64,000 nt of DNA, taken from NCBI GenBank assembly GCA_039802605.1, contig JBDRWW010000005.1, positions 36,902 to 100,901 of the forward strand. The letters run 5' to 3'. The position numbers and the translations under genes are program-made. The DNA comes from a candidate division WOR-3 bacterium. GTDB taxonomy: Bacteria; Hydrothermota; Hydrothermia; LBFQ01. The notes beneath the pieces were generated by a model that saw only the letters and a program-made list of their open reading frames with translations, was not told the DNA's origin and did not search any database. Of the stretch, positions 39,383 to 49,766 are shown in pieces (the stretch's first letter is position 1; each line of letters opens with the position of its first letter).

Positions 39383-42092
39383 GATAAATCTTTCTCAAAA
39401 CATATGGCAGAATTCCGCCGTGTTTATAGTATTCCACCTCTACTGGTGTATCCAACCTTGCTATTACTTCAAATTCAATTTTGCCGCCATCGGGCTTATG
39501 GGCTATAACCTTTAAGGTTTTGCGGGGATGTATATCCCTTATACCGATTATGTCATATCTCTCAAAACCCGTTAAACCCAGGGTTTTCATGTTTTCGCCC
39601 TCTTTAAACTGCAAGGGTAAAACTCCCATACCCACCAAGTTGCTCCTGTGGATCCTCTCGAAACTTTCGGCTATAACGGCCTTAACCCCAAGCAAGGCTG
39701 TCCCCTTTGCCGCCCAATCCCTTGAAGAACCAGTACCGTATTCCTTTCCCGCAAGTATTATTAAAGGTATATTCTCGGATTTATATCGCATAGCGGCATC
39801 ATAGACGCTCATCTTTTCACCCGTTGGAATGTATATTGTCCACCAACCCCTAACCTCTTCCTTAAACAGATAGTTCCTAAACCTCACATTTGCAAATGTA
39901 CCCCTCATCATAACTTCATGGTTTCCCCTCCTTGAACCATACGAGTTGAATTCGGAAGGTTTAACACCACTTTCTATAAGGTATTTCCCGGCAGGGCTTT
40001 CTGGGTGTATGCTACCAGCAGGTGATATATGATCCGTGGTTACACTATCACCACCAACGACCAACACATAGGCGCCCTTTATATCTTCGGGTGGTTTCAC
40101 CTCTAAGGAGAAGTTCTCAAAGTATGGAGGTTTCTTTATGTATGTTGAATTCGGATCCCATTCAAATGTTTCACCCTCTTTTACATCTAAGGATTTCCAG
40201 TACTCATCCCCTTCAAAAACATCTGCATATCTCTTACGGAACATCTCGGGATTTAAACTCTTCTCTATGTATTCCCTTATTTCCCTTTGGGATGGCCAAA
40301 TATCCCTCAAATAAACAGGTTCTCCATTCGGGTCGTATCCCAAAGGTTCGTTTTCAAAGTCAATATCAACCCTACCCGCTAAGGCAAAGGCAACCACAAG
40401 CATAGGGGATGCTAAGTAGTTAGCCTTTACAAGGGGATGGATTCTCGCCTCAAAGTTTCTATTCCCACTCAAAACGGATGCAACCACAAGGTCATATTCC
40501 TTAATAGCTTCCTCAACCTTCTTGGGCAAAGGACCGCTGTTCCCTATGCATGTAGTGCAACCATAACCTACAACATGGAACCGTAATGCTTCAAGGTAGG
40601 GCAATAATCCGGATTCCCTCAAATAATCCGTCACCACCCCTGAACCAGGTGCCAAACTCGTCTTTATATAGGGTTTAACAGTTAAACCTCTCTCAACCGC
40701 CTTTTTTGCAACAAGACCCGCGCCTATCATAACGGAAGGGTTTGATGTATTGGTGCAACTCGTTATGGCAGCTATCACAACTGAACCGTGTGTTAGGAAA
40801 AATTCCTCACCCTCATGTACTATAACCGCAACATCGCTTTTTACAGCCAAACCTCCCTCGGATTCATAAGCATCCTTTTGGTGGTTATCAAAGGGCTTTT
40901 TTCCAAACTCTTTTTCAAGGGATATGTAAAAGGATTTTTTAAGGTCCTTTAAAGGTATCCTATCCTGTGGCCTTTTTGGACCTGCAACGCTCGGTTCAAT
41001 CTTCGAAAGGTCTATTTCAACCACATCGCTATATTCCGGTTCGGGTGAATCGGGTGTCCAGAATATACCCTGTTCCTTTGCAAAAACTTCAACGAGTTTA
41101 ACCAATTCTTCATCCCTACCTGTTCCCCTTAAATATTCCAATGTCCTTTCGTCTATGGGGAAGTATCCACAGGTTGAACCGTATTCGGGAGCCATATTGG
41201 CAATTGTCGCCCTATCAGGTACGCTTAAATTTTTTAAGGCTGGCCCAAAGTATTCCACGAATTTACCTACAACTCCCTTTTTCCTCAAAACCTCAGTTAT
41301 CGTCAATACTAAATCGGTTGCCGTAGAACCCTCGGGTAATTCCCCCACAAGCCTTACCCCAACCACCTCGGGTAATAGCATGTAGTAGGGTTGTCCTAAC
41401 ATTACCGCCTCGGCTTCTATACCCCCGACTCCCCATCCCAAAACACCTATGCCGTTTATCATTGTGGTGTGTGAATCCGTTCCCAAAAGCGTATCAAGAA
41501 CTACAATTCCATCCTTTATATAAACAACCTTTGCAAAATATTCGAGATTTACCTGATGGATGATACCCGTACCGGTTGGGACAACGCGAAAATTCTTAAA
41601 AGACTTCTGTGCCCATTTCAAGAGTTGATACCTCTCCCTATTCCTTTCAAGTTCCTTTTTAACATTCATAACATATGCATAACCCGTCCCAAAATAATCA
41701 ACCTGAACGGAATGGTCTATAACCAGATCCGATTGTATTACCGGGTTTATCCTCTTGGGGTCTCCCCCCAATTCTTTCATAGCATCACGCATAGCCGCCA
41801 AATCCACCACAACGGGAACACCTGTAAAATCTTGTAAAACGACCCTTATCGGCATATAGGGTATTTCAACTTCCTTAGGTTTTGGTTTCCAATTCGCTAT
41901 ATCCTTTAAATTTTCCTCAGTCACAAGAAAACCATCAACGCTGTGTAATGCATTCTCAACCAAAACTCTAATGGAATACGGGAGTTTATCGGGATTTATA
42001 CCAAGAGATTGGAGATATTCTGGAATTGAAAAATAAGGGAATTCACCGCTATCCGTTTTCAGAACCCTTTGAAAATATTTTAAGCCCTTCAT
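39366..42092 (-). CDS. acnA: Aconitate hydratase A
   Basis: QDFTGVP, DSHTT, TSCTNTSNP, GCTTCIGNSG, GSSRDWAAKG. Confidence 0.98.
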   Translation of the reverse strand: MKGLKYFQRVLKTDSGEFPYFSIPEYLQSLGINPDKLPYSIRVLVENALHSVDGFLVTEENLKDIANWKPKPKEVEIPYMPIRVVLQDFTGVPVVVDLAAMRDAMKELGGDPKRINPVIQSDLVIDHSVQVDYFGTGYAYVMNVKKELERNRERYQLLKWAQKSFKNFRVVPTGTGIIHQVNLEYFAKVVYIKDGIVVLDTLLGTDSHTTMINGIGVLGWGVGGIEAEAVMLGQPYYMLLPEVVGVRLVGELPEGSTATDLVLTITEVLRKKGVVGKFVEYFGPALKNLSVPDRATIANMAPEYGSTCGYFPIDERTLEYLRGTGRDEELVKLVEVFAKEQGIFWTPDSPEPEYSDVVEIDLSKIEPSVAGPKRPQDRIPLKDLKKSFYISLEKEFGKKPFDNHQKDAYESEGGLAVKSDVAVIVHEGEEFFLTHGSVVIAAITSCTNTSNPSVMIGAGLVAKKAVERGLTVKPYIKTSLAPGSGVVTDYLRESGLLPYLEALRFHVVGYGCTTCIGNSGPLPKKVEEAIKEYDLVVASVLSGNRNFEARIHPLVKANYLASPMLVVAFALAGRVDIDFENEPLGYDPNGEPVYLRDIWPSQREIREYIEKSLNPEMFRKRYADVFEGDEYWKSLDVKEGETFEWDPNSTYIKKPPYFENFSLEVKPPEDIKGAYVLVVGGDSVTTDHISPAGSIHPESPAGKYLIESGVKPSEFNSYGSRRGNHEVMMRGTFANVRFRNYLFKEEVRGWWTIYIPTGEKMSVYDAAMRYKSENIPLIILAGKEYGTGSSRDWAAKGTALLGVKAVIAESFERIHRSNLVGMGVLPLQFKEGENMKTLGLTGFERYDIIGIRDIHPRKTLKVIAHKPDGGKIEFEVIARLDTPVEVEYYKHGGILPYVLRKIYHGELS

Positions 42093-42130
42093 AAGTCGGG
42101 AATTTTAACGCTGAAAAGGATTAGAATACC

Positions 42131-42604
42131 TTAAAGTTTTTTAGCCGGTGTAGGTTTGCCGTTTATATGCTTTTCAACGATTTTTATGATTTTTTCAACC
42201 TTCTCAAAACCATCGTCTATTGACTTTTTACTCTGCAACTCCCTGTAATAACCGCTTATGTGGAGGATCGTATAAACATCATCAAACAAACCCAAAAGAA
42301 TATCCCTATCCTTTCCCAAACCCTTAATTTCCTTTAAACCCTTGTAATACCCTTCAACTTTCTTTAACCTTTGGTTTAACTCCTCACTTGAAATCAATCC
42401 TTTGGAAATAAACAATGCCTTTAAAGCCTCCAAAGCAACGAGATAAGCAATACCGCAAGCTGATGAGATATGCTTTAAATCAATATAACGCCCAACAACC
42501 CTATCAATACCCGCCTTCCTTAACTCTTCCTTTGCATTCTTCAAATACCTCTTTGCCAGCTCTAACCTTCCTTCCGGTGTTAAAGGTATTTTTGTTTTCG
42601 GCAT
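42131..42604 (-). CDS. DUF5618-like (HEPN-fold) protein
   Basis: AKRYL.NAKE.L, ACGIAY..ALEAL, Y.ILHISGYY. Confidence 0.6.
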   Translation of the reverse strand: MPKTKIPLTPEGRLELAKRYLKNAKEELRKAGIDRVVGRYIDLKHISSACGIAYLVALEALKALFISKGLISSEELNQRLKKVEGYYKGLKEIKGLGKDRDILLGLFDDVYTILHISGYYRELQSKKSIDDGFEKVEKIIKIVEKHINGKPTPAKKL

Positions 42605-42713
42605 AAGCCCTTATTTTAAGGTTGTTTAGCCCATACATCTATAATTTCTCCCCCAAACCCGTTTTGTCAATCCCAACCTCTAATTTGACCATTAGGGGTT
42701 TATCAGCGCGTTT

Positions 42714-42758
42714 AAAAATAAAAAACCCCAACCCCACCAATAAAGGCGAGATTGGGGT
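42714..42758 (-). terminator. Intrinsic terminator of the FG-GAP cargo gene
   Basis: Minus-strand hairpin ACCCCAATCTCGCC/GGTGGGGTTGGGGT (with G-U pairs) followed by a T tract. Confidence 0.65.
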
Positions 42759-42784
42759 GGAAAACGAAAGAGAAATATGGGAAA

Positions 42785-44395
42785 TTATCTAACCACTACG
42801 GTTTTGACACCTTTACTCGTTCTCACGATATAAACACCTCTTGGAAGTTCAAACCTCGCATATCCGTTTACCTCTCCACCCTTCACAAGCCTACCCGAGG
42901 GTGTGTATATCCCAATATTTCCACTATATCCCGTGATCTCAACATAATTTTTACCACCCAACACGGCATATGGAACTATTGTGCCCGCCTTCTCACCTAC
43001 ACTTAGACCATCATCATACCCTAACACTGCCACAGGACAAGACCACACATTCGTATAACAGGAAACATCACCCTCTACTATAAGCATACTCGTGTTTGTG
43101 TGCTTTGCAACTATTAGGTCAGAACTTATAGGAGGTTCATCCGCACATCCAGAAGATGTCCACACAGGAGCACTCCAACCGTTTGACATTGACCAAGCGT
43201 GTGGATTTCCACAACCACACTCGGAAATAAGCACATCGAAAACACCATCACCGCTTATATCGGCTATAGTAGGGGCTCCGCAGTAGCTTGCCGAACCGTT
43301 TGGAGCCGCCAAGACCGAACCGTCCACCCCATTCAAAACGACGAAATCCCAAGAACCCGAGCCATCCCTAAAAACTATATCGGGATGACCGTCCATATTC
43401 AAGTCACCCACAGCAACGGCGCTTAGTGGAGACCCCGTCCATGTCCAAAAAACTACCGGAGAACCGGAAACCTCTTTAACGGCAATTATACCCGTTGTGG
43501 TCCTAACTATGAGTTCATCTTTCCCATCCCCATCAAGGTCGGATGCGGCGAGAACACTACTATAAATATCCCAACTTAACAAATTAGGAAATGTTCCGCC
43601 TGTATTCCAAGTCCATCTCGGTGTTCCGGTTAAGGCATCATAGGAATAAACATTATTGTTAGAGGCAGGGAAGTAGGCTTCAAGATTCCTGTCCCCGTTT
43701 AAATCGGCTAAAACAGGAATCCCCACAGTTGTACCTATGCTTCTTGACCACCTTTCGGTATATGTATTGGCACATCCATCAACGCTTACAGCATATCCTC
43801 CAACACCTCTATAAATTTCCGGACACCCATCGCCATTAACATCGGCTATAGTTAGACCGGAATGGTCGCTTGACTCGTTCCTTTCGTATATTTGGCCCCC
43901 GGTTATAGCATCTCTGACCTCAAAAAGGTAATACGAATCCCATGTATCATCGTCATAATAAACGGAAAAAATCCTATTTTGCCCCGATGGTGTTTTACCA
44001 ACCGCCCAGTAAGCATCATAATCATCTCCATCGTATGTAATATCCCAAATTATAGAACCGTTTGAGCCCACATATAAATACATTCCCACATCCATACCTG
44101 CGAAACCGTCATCATCCGGACCGCCTCCTAAAACCTCACTTACCCCATCGTTATTATAATCAAACACGGCATTCAAAACAGCAGAGCCAGAAGCCAAAAA
44201 CCAACCCGGGCTGCTTTCGTGAGACCAAATCCTACTAACCGAAGCCGGGGATGAACACCTCCAAGGAGACCGAGCGGTCTTTTTATAATCATGCCTTCCC
44301 TGTCTCCATTCCGGATCACTGGGGGAATACGTTTGTGCAAATAACCCCCACACCCAGAGGCATATCAACACAGGTATTAAATATAGCCTTTTCAT
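42785..44395 (-). CDS. FG-GAP/VCBS beta-propeller protein with short T9SS-type CTD
   Basis: Signal MKRLY...GLFA-Q from ATG 44395; repeated DxNGDG motifs; C-terminal IYTPSGRLVK...LPRGVYIV...TVVVR. Confidence 0.85.
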   Translation of the reverse strand: MKRLYLIPVLICLWVWGLFAQTYSPSDPEWRQGRHDYKKTARSPWRCSSPASVSRIWSHESSPGWFLASGSAVLNAVFDYNNDGVSEVLGGGPDDDGFAGMDVGMYLYVGSNGSIIWDITYDGDDYDAYWAVGKTPSGQNRIFSVYYDDDTWDSYYLFEVRDAITGGQIYERNESSDHSGLTIADVNGDGCPEIYRGVGGYAVSVDGCANTYTERWSRSIGTTVGIPVLADLNGDRNLEAYFPASNNNVYSYDALTGTPRWTWNTGGTFPNLLSWDIYSSVLAASDLDGDGKDELIVRTTTGIIAVKEVSGSPVVFWTWTGSPLSAVAVGDLNMDGHPDIVFRDGSGSWDFVVLNGVDGSVLAAPNGSASYCGAPTIADISGDGVFDVLISECGCGNPHAWSMSNGWSAPVWTSSGCADEPPISSDLIVAKHTNTSMLIVEGDVSCYTNVWSCPVAVLGYDDGLSVGEKAGTIVPYAVLGGKNYVEITGYSGNIGIYTPSGRLVKGGEVNGYARFELPRGVYIVRTSKGVKTVVVR

Positions 44396-44510
44396 CACCC
44401 TATATTGTAATGCCAAAAACTTTGCCAAGGGGTGTGGCAAAGACACTAAAAATTATTTCCTGACAATCAAATAAGGTAAGGTTTATTTCCGCTATATAAT
44501 ACCCAGCCCT

Positions 44511-45026
44511 ATGACCGAAAAGGAAATCAAGAATAAAAGGCGGGAATTCCTAAAAAACATAGGAAGGTTAATCGGTTATGGAACCCTTGGGGGTTTGTTT
44601 GCGGGTTTCGGTAGGTCCCTTTGGCCGAACATCCTATATGAACCCCCAAAGAGGGTTAGGTTGATAGATCCCAAGAATCTGGCCGAGGGAATGAATTATT
44701 TCCCCGAGCAAAGGCTTTTTGTCTTTAAGAGGGGAGGTGAGGTTTGGGCTATTTCCGCCGTATGCCAACACCTCGGATGTACGGTAAATTTTGTTCCCTT
44801 TGGTGAGAAAATAGAGAAAAAGATTCTCGGAAAGGTTATAGAGGAGGAATGGGAATTCCACTGCCCTTGCCACGGTTCAAAATACACGCAGGAAGGGGAT
44901 ATATATGAAGGCCCGGCACCGAGGGGATTGCCCCATTATCCCCTTGAAATAGATCCCGCTACGGGTTATCTTGTGGTTGATATGTCAAAAGAGGTGAAAA
45001 AGGATTGGAGGCTTAAACTTTCATAA
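44511..45026 (+). CDS. Rieske 2Fe-2S subunit of a quinol:cytochrome c reductase
   Basis: Tat motif RREFL, CQHLGC, CPCHGS. Confidence 0.95.
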   Translation: MTEKEIKNKRREFLKNIGRLIGYGTLGGLFAGFGRSLWPNILYEPPKRVRLIDPKNLAEGMNYFPEQRLFVFKRGGEVWAISAVCQHLGCTVNFVPFGEKIEKKILGKVIEEEWEFHCPCHGSKYTQEGDIYEGPAPRGLPHYPLEIDPATGYLVVDMSKEVKKDWRLKLS

Positions 45027-45038
45027 AGGAGGGAAAAT

Positions 45039-46274
45039 ATGAAGGAAAGGCTCTATCAGGTTTGGAGGGCACTTATATGGACATTTGACCCGGCGGATAG
45101 GGGGGAGGCGGGTAAGGCCGTAACAAGAAACTTTTGGCTCCACTGGTTTCCCCCAAGGATGACCAAGGAAAGCCTATCTTGGGGGTATTCCCTATGGTTG
45201 GGGACGATTTCAGCGGTTTTGTTTTTTATACTAGTAATAACCGGTATAATCCTTATGTTCCTTTATGTTCCCTCCGTTGAAAGGGCATACCAATCAATAA
45301 AGGATCTTGAATATGCCGTTTCATTTGGGTGGTTTTTGAGGAACATGCACAGGTGGTCGGCACACATGATGGTCGCCGCCGTATTCTTACATATGCTAAG
45401 GGTTTTCTACACCGGGGCGTATAAAAACGGTATGAGTCATATGGCAAAAAGGCAAATAAACTGGGTTGTGGGTATGATTTTGTTGGGTGTTACGCTGTTG
45501 CTATCTTTCAGCGGATACCTACTCCCTTGGGATCAGTTGGCCCTTTGGGCGGTTACGGTTGGAACGCAAATAGCGAGGTCCGTGCCGTTTATAGGCGATG
45601 AAATATACTATGTTTTGGCGGGCGGTACGAGGTTGGACCAAAACGCCTTAATAAGGTTTTATACCTTGCATGTGATATTCTTGCCGGCTTTGCTCTTGGT
45701 ATTGTTCTCTTATCATATGTGGAGGATTAGAAAGGACGAGGGGCTTGCCATAACGGAGCAGTTTAGCATAGCGAGGAAGAAGGGAGAAGCGGTACAGCCG
45801 GAAATGGTGTTCTCAACACCTTGGGCTGTTAGGAGGATAGTTTTGGTTTCCTTGGGCACGCTGGTTTGGGTTATGTTTCTCTCGGTATTCTTAAAATCAC
45901 CCTTGGAGGAACCCGCAAGCCTTGAATGGACACCCAACCCCGCAAAAGCACCTTGGTATTTCCTATGGTTGCAGGAGCTGGTGGCCATAACAACGATAAG
46001 GATAGGTGGATTCACATTAAACGGTGGGTTTGTTGGAGGGGTTTTGATTCCCGCAATTCTCGGTGGAGCGGCAACCATATGGGCATTTATAGACAAAAGC
46101 CCAGCGGAGGCTACGGGGGTTTGGTTTCACAAAAGTAGGCTCGTTCAAAACTTGGTATTTACCTTTTTCGTTTTAATAATAGTGGGAATGACAATTTTCG
46201 CTATGTACTTCCGTGGGCCGTATTGGGGTATTTACTGGCCTTGGGCTTGGCCGGAATTGCCGGAGATAATTTAA
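45039..46274 (+). CDS. Cytochrome b (unsplit) of a Rieske/b complex
   Basis: RNMHRWSAH, LHMLRVF, GYLLPWDQ, RFYTLH, PEWY-equivalent APWY. Confidence 0.95.
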   Translation: MKERLYQVWRALIWTFDPADRGEAGKAVTRNFWLHWFPPRMTKESLSWGYSLWLGTISAVLFFILVITGIILMFLYVPSVERAYQSIKDLEYAVSFGWFLRNMHRWSAHMMVAAVFLHMLRVFYTGAYKNGMSHMAKRQINWVVGMILLGVTLLLSFSGYLLPWDQLALWAVTVGTQIARSVPFIGDEIYYVLAGGTRLDQNALIRFYTLHVIFLPALLLVLFSYHMWRIRKDEGLAITEQFSIARKKGEAVQPEMVFSTPWAVRRIVLVSLGTLVWVMFLSVFLKSPLEEPASLEWTPNPAKAPWYFLWLQELVAITTIRIGGFTLNGGFVGGVLIPAILGGAATIWAFIDKSPAEATGVWFHKSRLVQNLVFTFFVLIIVGMTIFAMYFRGPYWGIYWPWAWPELPEII

Positions 46275-46287
46275 AAGGAGGTAAAAA

Positions 46288-47616
46288 ATGGAACAGAAAC
46301 CTCAAAAACAGGCTCTACCCGATGTTAAAGAAGACCCATTTCCTTATGATTCTTGGATAATATACGGTTTGGCGGTTGTAGGCGCTTTCCTTTTGGGTTT
46401 GGCCATATACAAGGAGTTAAATCCGGAATACATAAAGTACCAGAGGGAGTTCAAGGCCCTGGTTGAAAAAAAGTTCGGAAAGGAGGCCGCCGCATCCATA
46501 ACATTTGGTGTAAAGCAGATATGGATACCAGCGTTGAACAAAACCGAAAGGTGTATAACCTGTCATATGGGTTATGAGTGGAAAGGGCTTGAAGGTGAAG
46601 ATGTCCCAAAGGTTTTCAGGACACATCCGGACATAGAAGGCCTTATAGCAAAGCATCCATTTAATAAGTTCGGATGTACGACATGCCACGGGGGTCAGGG
46701 TTTTGCAACCAATGTAAGGGAGGCGCATGTTATAAATGAGGGTGGAAAGAAGGTTAGGTGGCTTGAACCACTCTTATCCTCCGAAAAAGCAAAGGAATAC
46801 GGGTTCAAAGACTGGCAAAAATCTCCACTGATTGAAATAAACTGTAATACTTGCCATAGGTTTGACGATAGCCTTCCCGGTACCCCTTATATAAACCTTG
46901 CGAAAAGGTTGGTTGAAGAAAAGGCTTGTAGAACCTGCCACATGATAAACGGAGAAGGGGGACAAATAGGACCGGATTTAACTTACGAGGGTTCAAAGAT
47001 GCCAGAAATGTTTGACATGAGGGGAACATATTATGAAATAAAGGATGGAAAACCCGTACCTTCCGGAAGAACTGTACAAGAGGAAATTGAGAGGAGGGGA
47101 TTACCATTAACCGTGTTCTCCTGGCACATATTACACTTTGAAGAACCGAGGTCTATAACCCCAACTTCAAAAATGCCAAACTTTGGATTTACGGATGAGG
47201 AAAAGTTGGCTTTGACCATGCTAGTAATGTCTTGGAAGAAGGTAAATCTCCCCGCGGAATACATACCGAGGCCGAAGAAGGGGGAGGTAATACCCCAAGC
47301 GGATACATCCAAGAAGGCCGAGGGAACCGTTTCGGCGGATTTGGTAAAGAGGGGTGAGGAGATATTCAAACAGAAGTGTACCGCTTGCCATCAGATTGAC
47401 AAAAAACTCGTAGGACCTGCCTTAAAGGGCTTGTTTGAAAGGAGAAAGGAAGAATGGGTTTTTGCTATGATTATGCATCCGGATTCAATGGTTAAGAACG
47501 ACCCAACGGCAAAGAAGCTGCTTGAGGAATATAAAGTTCCTATGGCAGTGCCCGGTGGTATAACGGAGGATGAGACAAAGGCCGTAATTGAATACTTAAA
47601 GCAGGCGACCAAGTGA
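46288..47616 (+). CDS. Membrane-anchored pentaheme cytochrome c
   Basis: CITCH, CTTCH, CNTCH, CRTCH, CTACH; N-terminal TM helix. Confidence 0.9.
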   Translation: MEQKPQKQALPDVKEDPFPYDSWIIYGLAVVGAFLLGLAIYKELNPEYIKYQREFKALVEKKFGKEAAASITFGVKQIWIPALNKTERCITCHMGYEWKGLEGEDVPKVFRTHPDIEGLIAKHPFNKFGCTTCHGGQGFATNVREAHVINEGGKKVRWLEPLLSSEKAKEYGFKDWQKSPLIEINCNTCHRFDDSLPGTPYINLAKRLVEEKACRTCHMINGEGGQIGPDLTYEGSKMPEMFDMRGTYYEIKDGKPVPSGRTVQEEIERRGLPLTVFSWHILHFEEPRSITPTSKMPNFGFTDEEKLALTMLVMSWKKVNLPAEYIPRPKKGEVIPQADTSKKAEGTVSADLVKRGEEIFKQKCTACHQIDKKLVGPALKGLFERRKEEWVFAMIMHPDSMVKNDPTAKKLLEEYKVPMAVPGGITEDETKAVIEYLKQATK

Positions 47617-48266
47617 AGGTTTCGTTTATAACGGGCGGAACATCCGGCATAGGCTTTGCTATAGCGGAGTTATTTGAGAAAAGGGGTTATAGGGTTTATG
47701 TTTGCGGTAGGAGGGAAGGTTTTGAAAGGTTTAACTACCTTAGGGCGGATGTTAGTAAGTATGAAGAGGTTAGGAGGGCTGTTGAAGACATCGTAAGTAA
47801 GGAGGGGGGAATAAATGTTTTGGTTGTGAATGCGGGTATAGGTAGGGTTGGTTATGTGGAGGAATTTCCAATAGATGAATGGGAAGAGGTTATAAAAATC
47901 AACCTGAACGGGGCTTTCTACACGGTTAAGGCCGCACTACCCCATATAAATAGGGGTGGAAATATAATTTTCATAGGTTCGGTGGCGTCAAAGGAGGCCT
48001 TTGCCGGGTGGTCCGCCTATTGCGCTTCAAAGTTTGGGCTTTTGGGGTTTGCCAAGAGTTTGGCGGATGAACTCAGGGGAAAAATAAAGGTTTCCTTTGT
48101 TATGCCCGGGGCGGTTGATACGGATATATGGAACTCCGTGGGATACAAACCCCCAAAAGAGGCAATGCTGAAACCCGAAGATGTCGCAAGGGTTGTTTTG
48201 GAAATAGTTGAAAATCCGGGTTGGATAAGGGAGATAGAAATATTACCAAAGGGTGGGATACTTTGA
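47613..48266 (+). CDS. Short-chain dehydrogenase/reductase
   Basis: TGGTSGIG, NAG, YCASK. Confidence 0.92.
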   Translation: MKVSFITGGTSGIGFAIAELFEKRGYRVYVCGRREGFERFNYLRADVSKYEEVRRAVEDIVSKEGGINVLVVNAGIGRVGYVEEFPIDEWEEVIKINLNGAFYTVKAALPHINRGGNIIFIGSVASKEAFAGWSAYCASKFGLLGFAKSLADELRGKIKVSFVMPGAVDTDIWNSVGYKPPKEAMLKPEDVARVVLEIVENPGWIREIEILPKGGIL

Positions 48267-48952
48267 GGGTTGTGGGAATACCCGCAAGGTATGGCTCAAC
48301 GAGGTTTCCTGGAAAACTTTTGGCGGAAATAAAGGGAAAACCCATAATAGTTTGGGTGGTTGAAAGGGTTTTAAAGGTAAAGAACGCAAGGGTTATAGTC
48401 GCCACGGACGACGATAGGATAAAGGAAGCCGTTAAGGGTTTGTGCGAAGTTGTATTAACACCTACGGATTTACCTTCCGGAACGGATAGGCTCGCGTATG
48501 CTTTAAGGGATTTTGACGATAACGCAAAAATCGTAAATGTTCAGGGGGATGAACCCTTTATAAAACCCGAAGTGGTTGAATACTTGTTTAACATGATGGA
48601 AAACGAAGATGCGGATATTTACACCCTTGCAAAAAGGGATAAAATGGACGAAAACCCCAACAGGGTTAAAGTGGTTTTGGATTCAAGGGGTTATGCCCTT
48701 TACTTTTCAAGGAGTCCAATACCGTACGGTTCAAGGGAAGGACTGATACACATAGGCATATACGGATATACGAAAGGAAAACTTTTAGAGTTTTCAAAAC
48801 TTCCAAAACCGGGTATAGAAAAAACGGAAAAGTTGGAGCAGTTGAGGGCATTATATTACGGTTGGAGGGTTAAAGTTGGGATAGTGGAATACGGGGGAAT
48901 AAGCATAGATACTCCGGAAGATTTGGAAATCGCCCGTAAAATGTTGGAATGA
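48263..48952 (+). CDS. kdsB: 3-deoxy-manno-octulosonate cytidylyltransferase
   Basis: IPARYGSTRFPGK, SGTDR, NVQGDEP, EKLEQLRAL; likely TTG 48263. Confidence 0.95.
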   Translation: MRVVGIPARYGSTRFPGKLLAEIKGKPIIVWVVERVLKVKNARVIVATDDDRIKEAVKGLCEVVLTPTDLPSGTDRLAYALRDFDDNAKIVNVQGDEPFIKPEVVEYLFNMMENEDADIYTLAKRDKMDENPNRVKVVLDSRGYALYFSRSPIPYGSREGLIHIGIYGYTKGKLLEFSKLPKPGIEKTEKLEQLRALYYGWRVKVGIVEYGGISIDTPEDLEIARKMLE

Positions 48953-49755
48953 ATTTAAGGGAGTTTGTATTAAGGGCAATAGAAGAGGATGCACCCTTTG
49001 GGGATATAACATCGGAGGTTTTCAAGGGGATAAAAATAAAGGCTGTTATACTAGCAAAGGGTGATGGGGTTTTTTGTGGGGATAGGGTTTTAAGGGAGTT
49101 TGAAAGGGTTTTTGACTTTTCGGTTAAAAGCGTTCCGGATGGTTTTGGTTTTAAATACGGGGATGTTTTGGCGGAAATAAAGGGGGATGCGTATGATATA
49201 CTCCTGTGCGAGAGGACGGTTTTAAACATAATATCAAAACTTTCGGGAATAGCAACCCTAACGAAAAGGTTTGTTGATTTGGCCGGAGATGTTCCCATAT
49301 ATGATACGAGGAAAACGACGCCTTTAATGAGATTTTTGGAAAAGTATGCGGTTAGGGTTGGGGGTGGGTATAACCATAGGCTAACCCTATCGGAAATAGC
49401 GATGGTTAAAGATAACCATAAGAGGATAGCGGGGGGGATAAAAAAGGCCATCGGGATGATAAGGGAAAGGTTTGGAAGGCATGTGTATATTGAGGTTGAG
49501 GTTGAAAACCTTGAAGAGTTAAAGGAGGCTTTGGAATGCGGTGTTGATTGGGTTTTGTTGGATAATATGGATATTGAAACATTGCGGGAGGCGATAAATA
49601 TGGCTAAGGGAAAGGTTAAGGTTGAGGTTTCGGGAGGTGTTAGCCTTGAAAATGTTAAGGAAATAGCATCTTTAAAACCCGATAGGATTTCCGTAGGGGC
49701 AATTACAAAGGCTGCAAAACCAATTGACATTAGTTTAGAGGTTGTGGAATGGTAA
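48949..49755 (+). CDS. nadC: Nicotinate-nucleotide diphosphorylase
   Basis: ERTVLN, DTRKT, NHR, KDNH, EVEV, LLDNM, EVSGG. Confidence 0.96.
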   Translation: MNLREFVLRAIEEDAPFGDITSEVFKGIKIKAVILAKGDGVFCGDRVLREFERVFDFSVKSVPDGFGFKYGDVLAEIKGDAYDILLCERTVLNIISKLSGIATLTKRFVDLAGDVPIYDTRKTTPLMRFLEKYAVRVGGGYNHRLTLSEIAMVKDNHKRIAGGIKKAIGMIRERFGRHVYIEVEVENLEELKEALECGVDWVLLDNMDIETLREAINMAKGKVKVEVSGGVSLENVKEIASLKPDRISVGAITKAAKPIDISLEVVEW

Positions 49756-49766
49756 ATGTGTAATGT

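Noticed and set aside
48870-49730. Long antisense ORFs (this one, also 7711-8205, 34391-34945, 55623-56171, 59043-60380)
   Set aside because: Shadows of well-supported genes on the opposite strand, with no recognisable motifs
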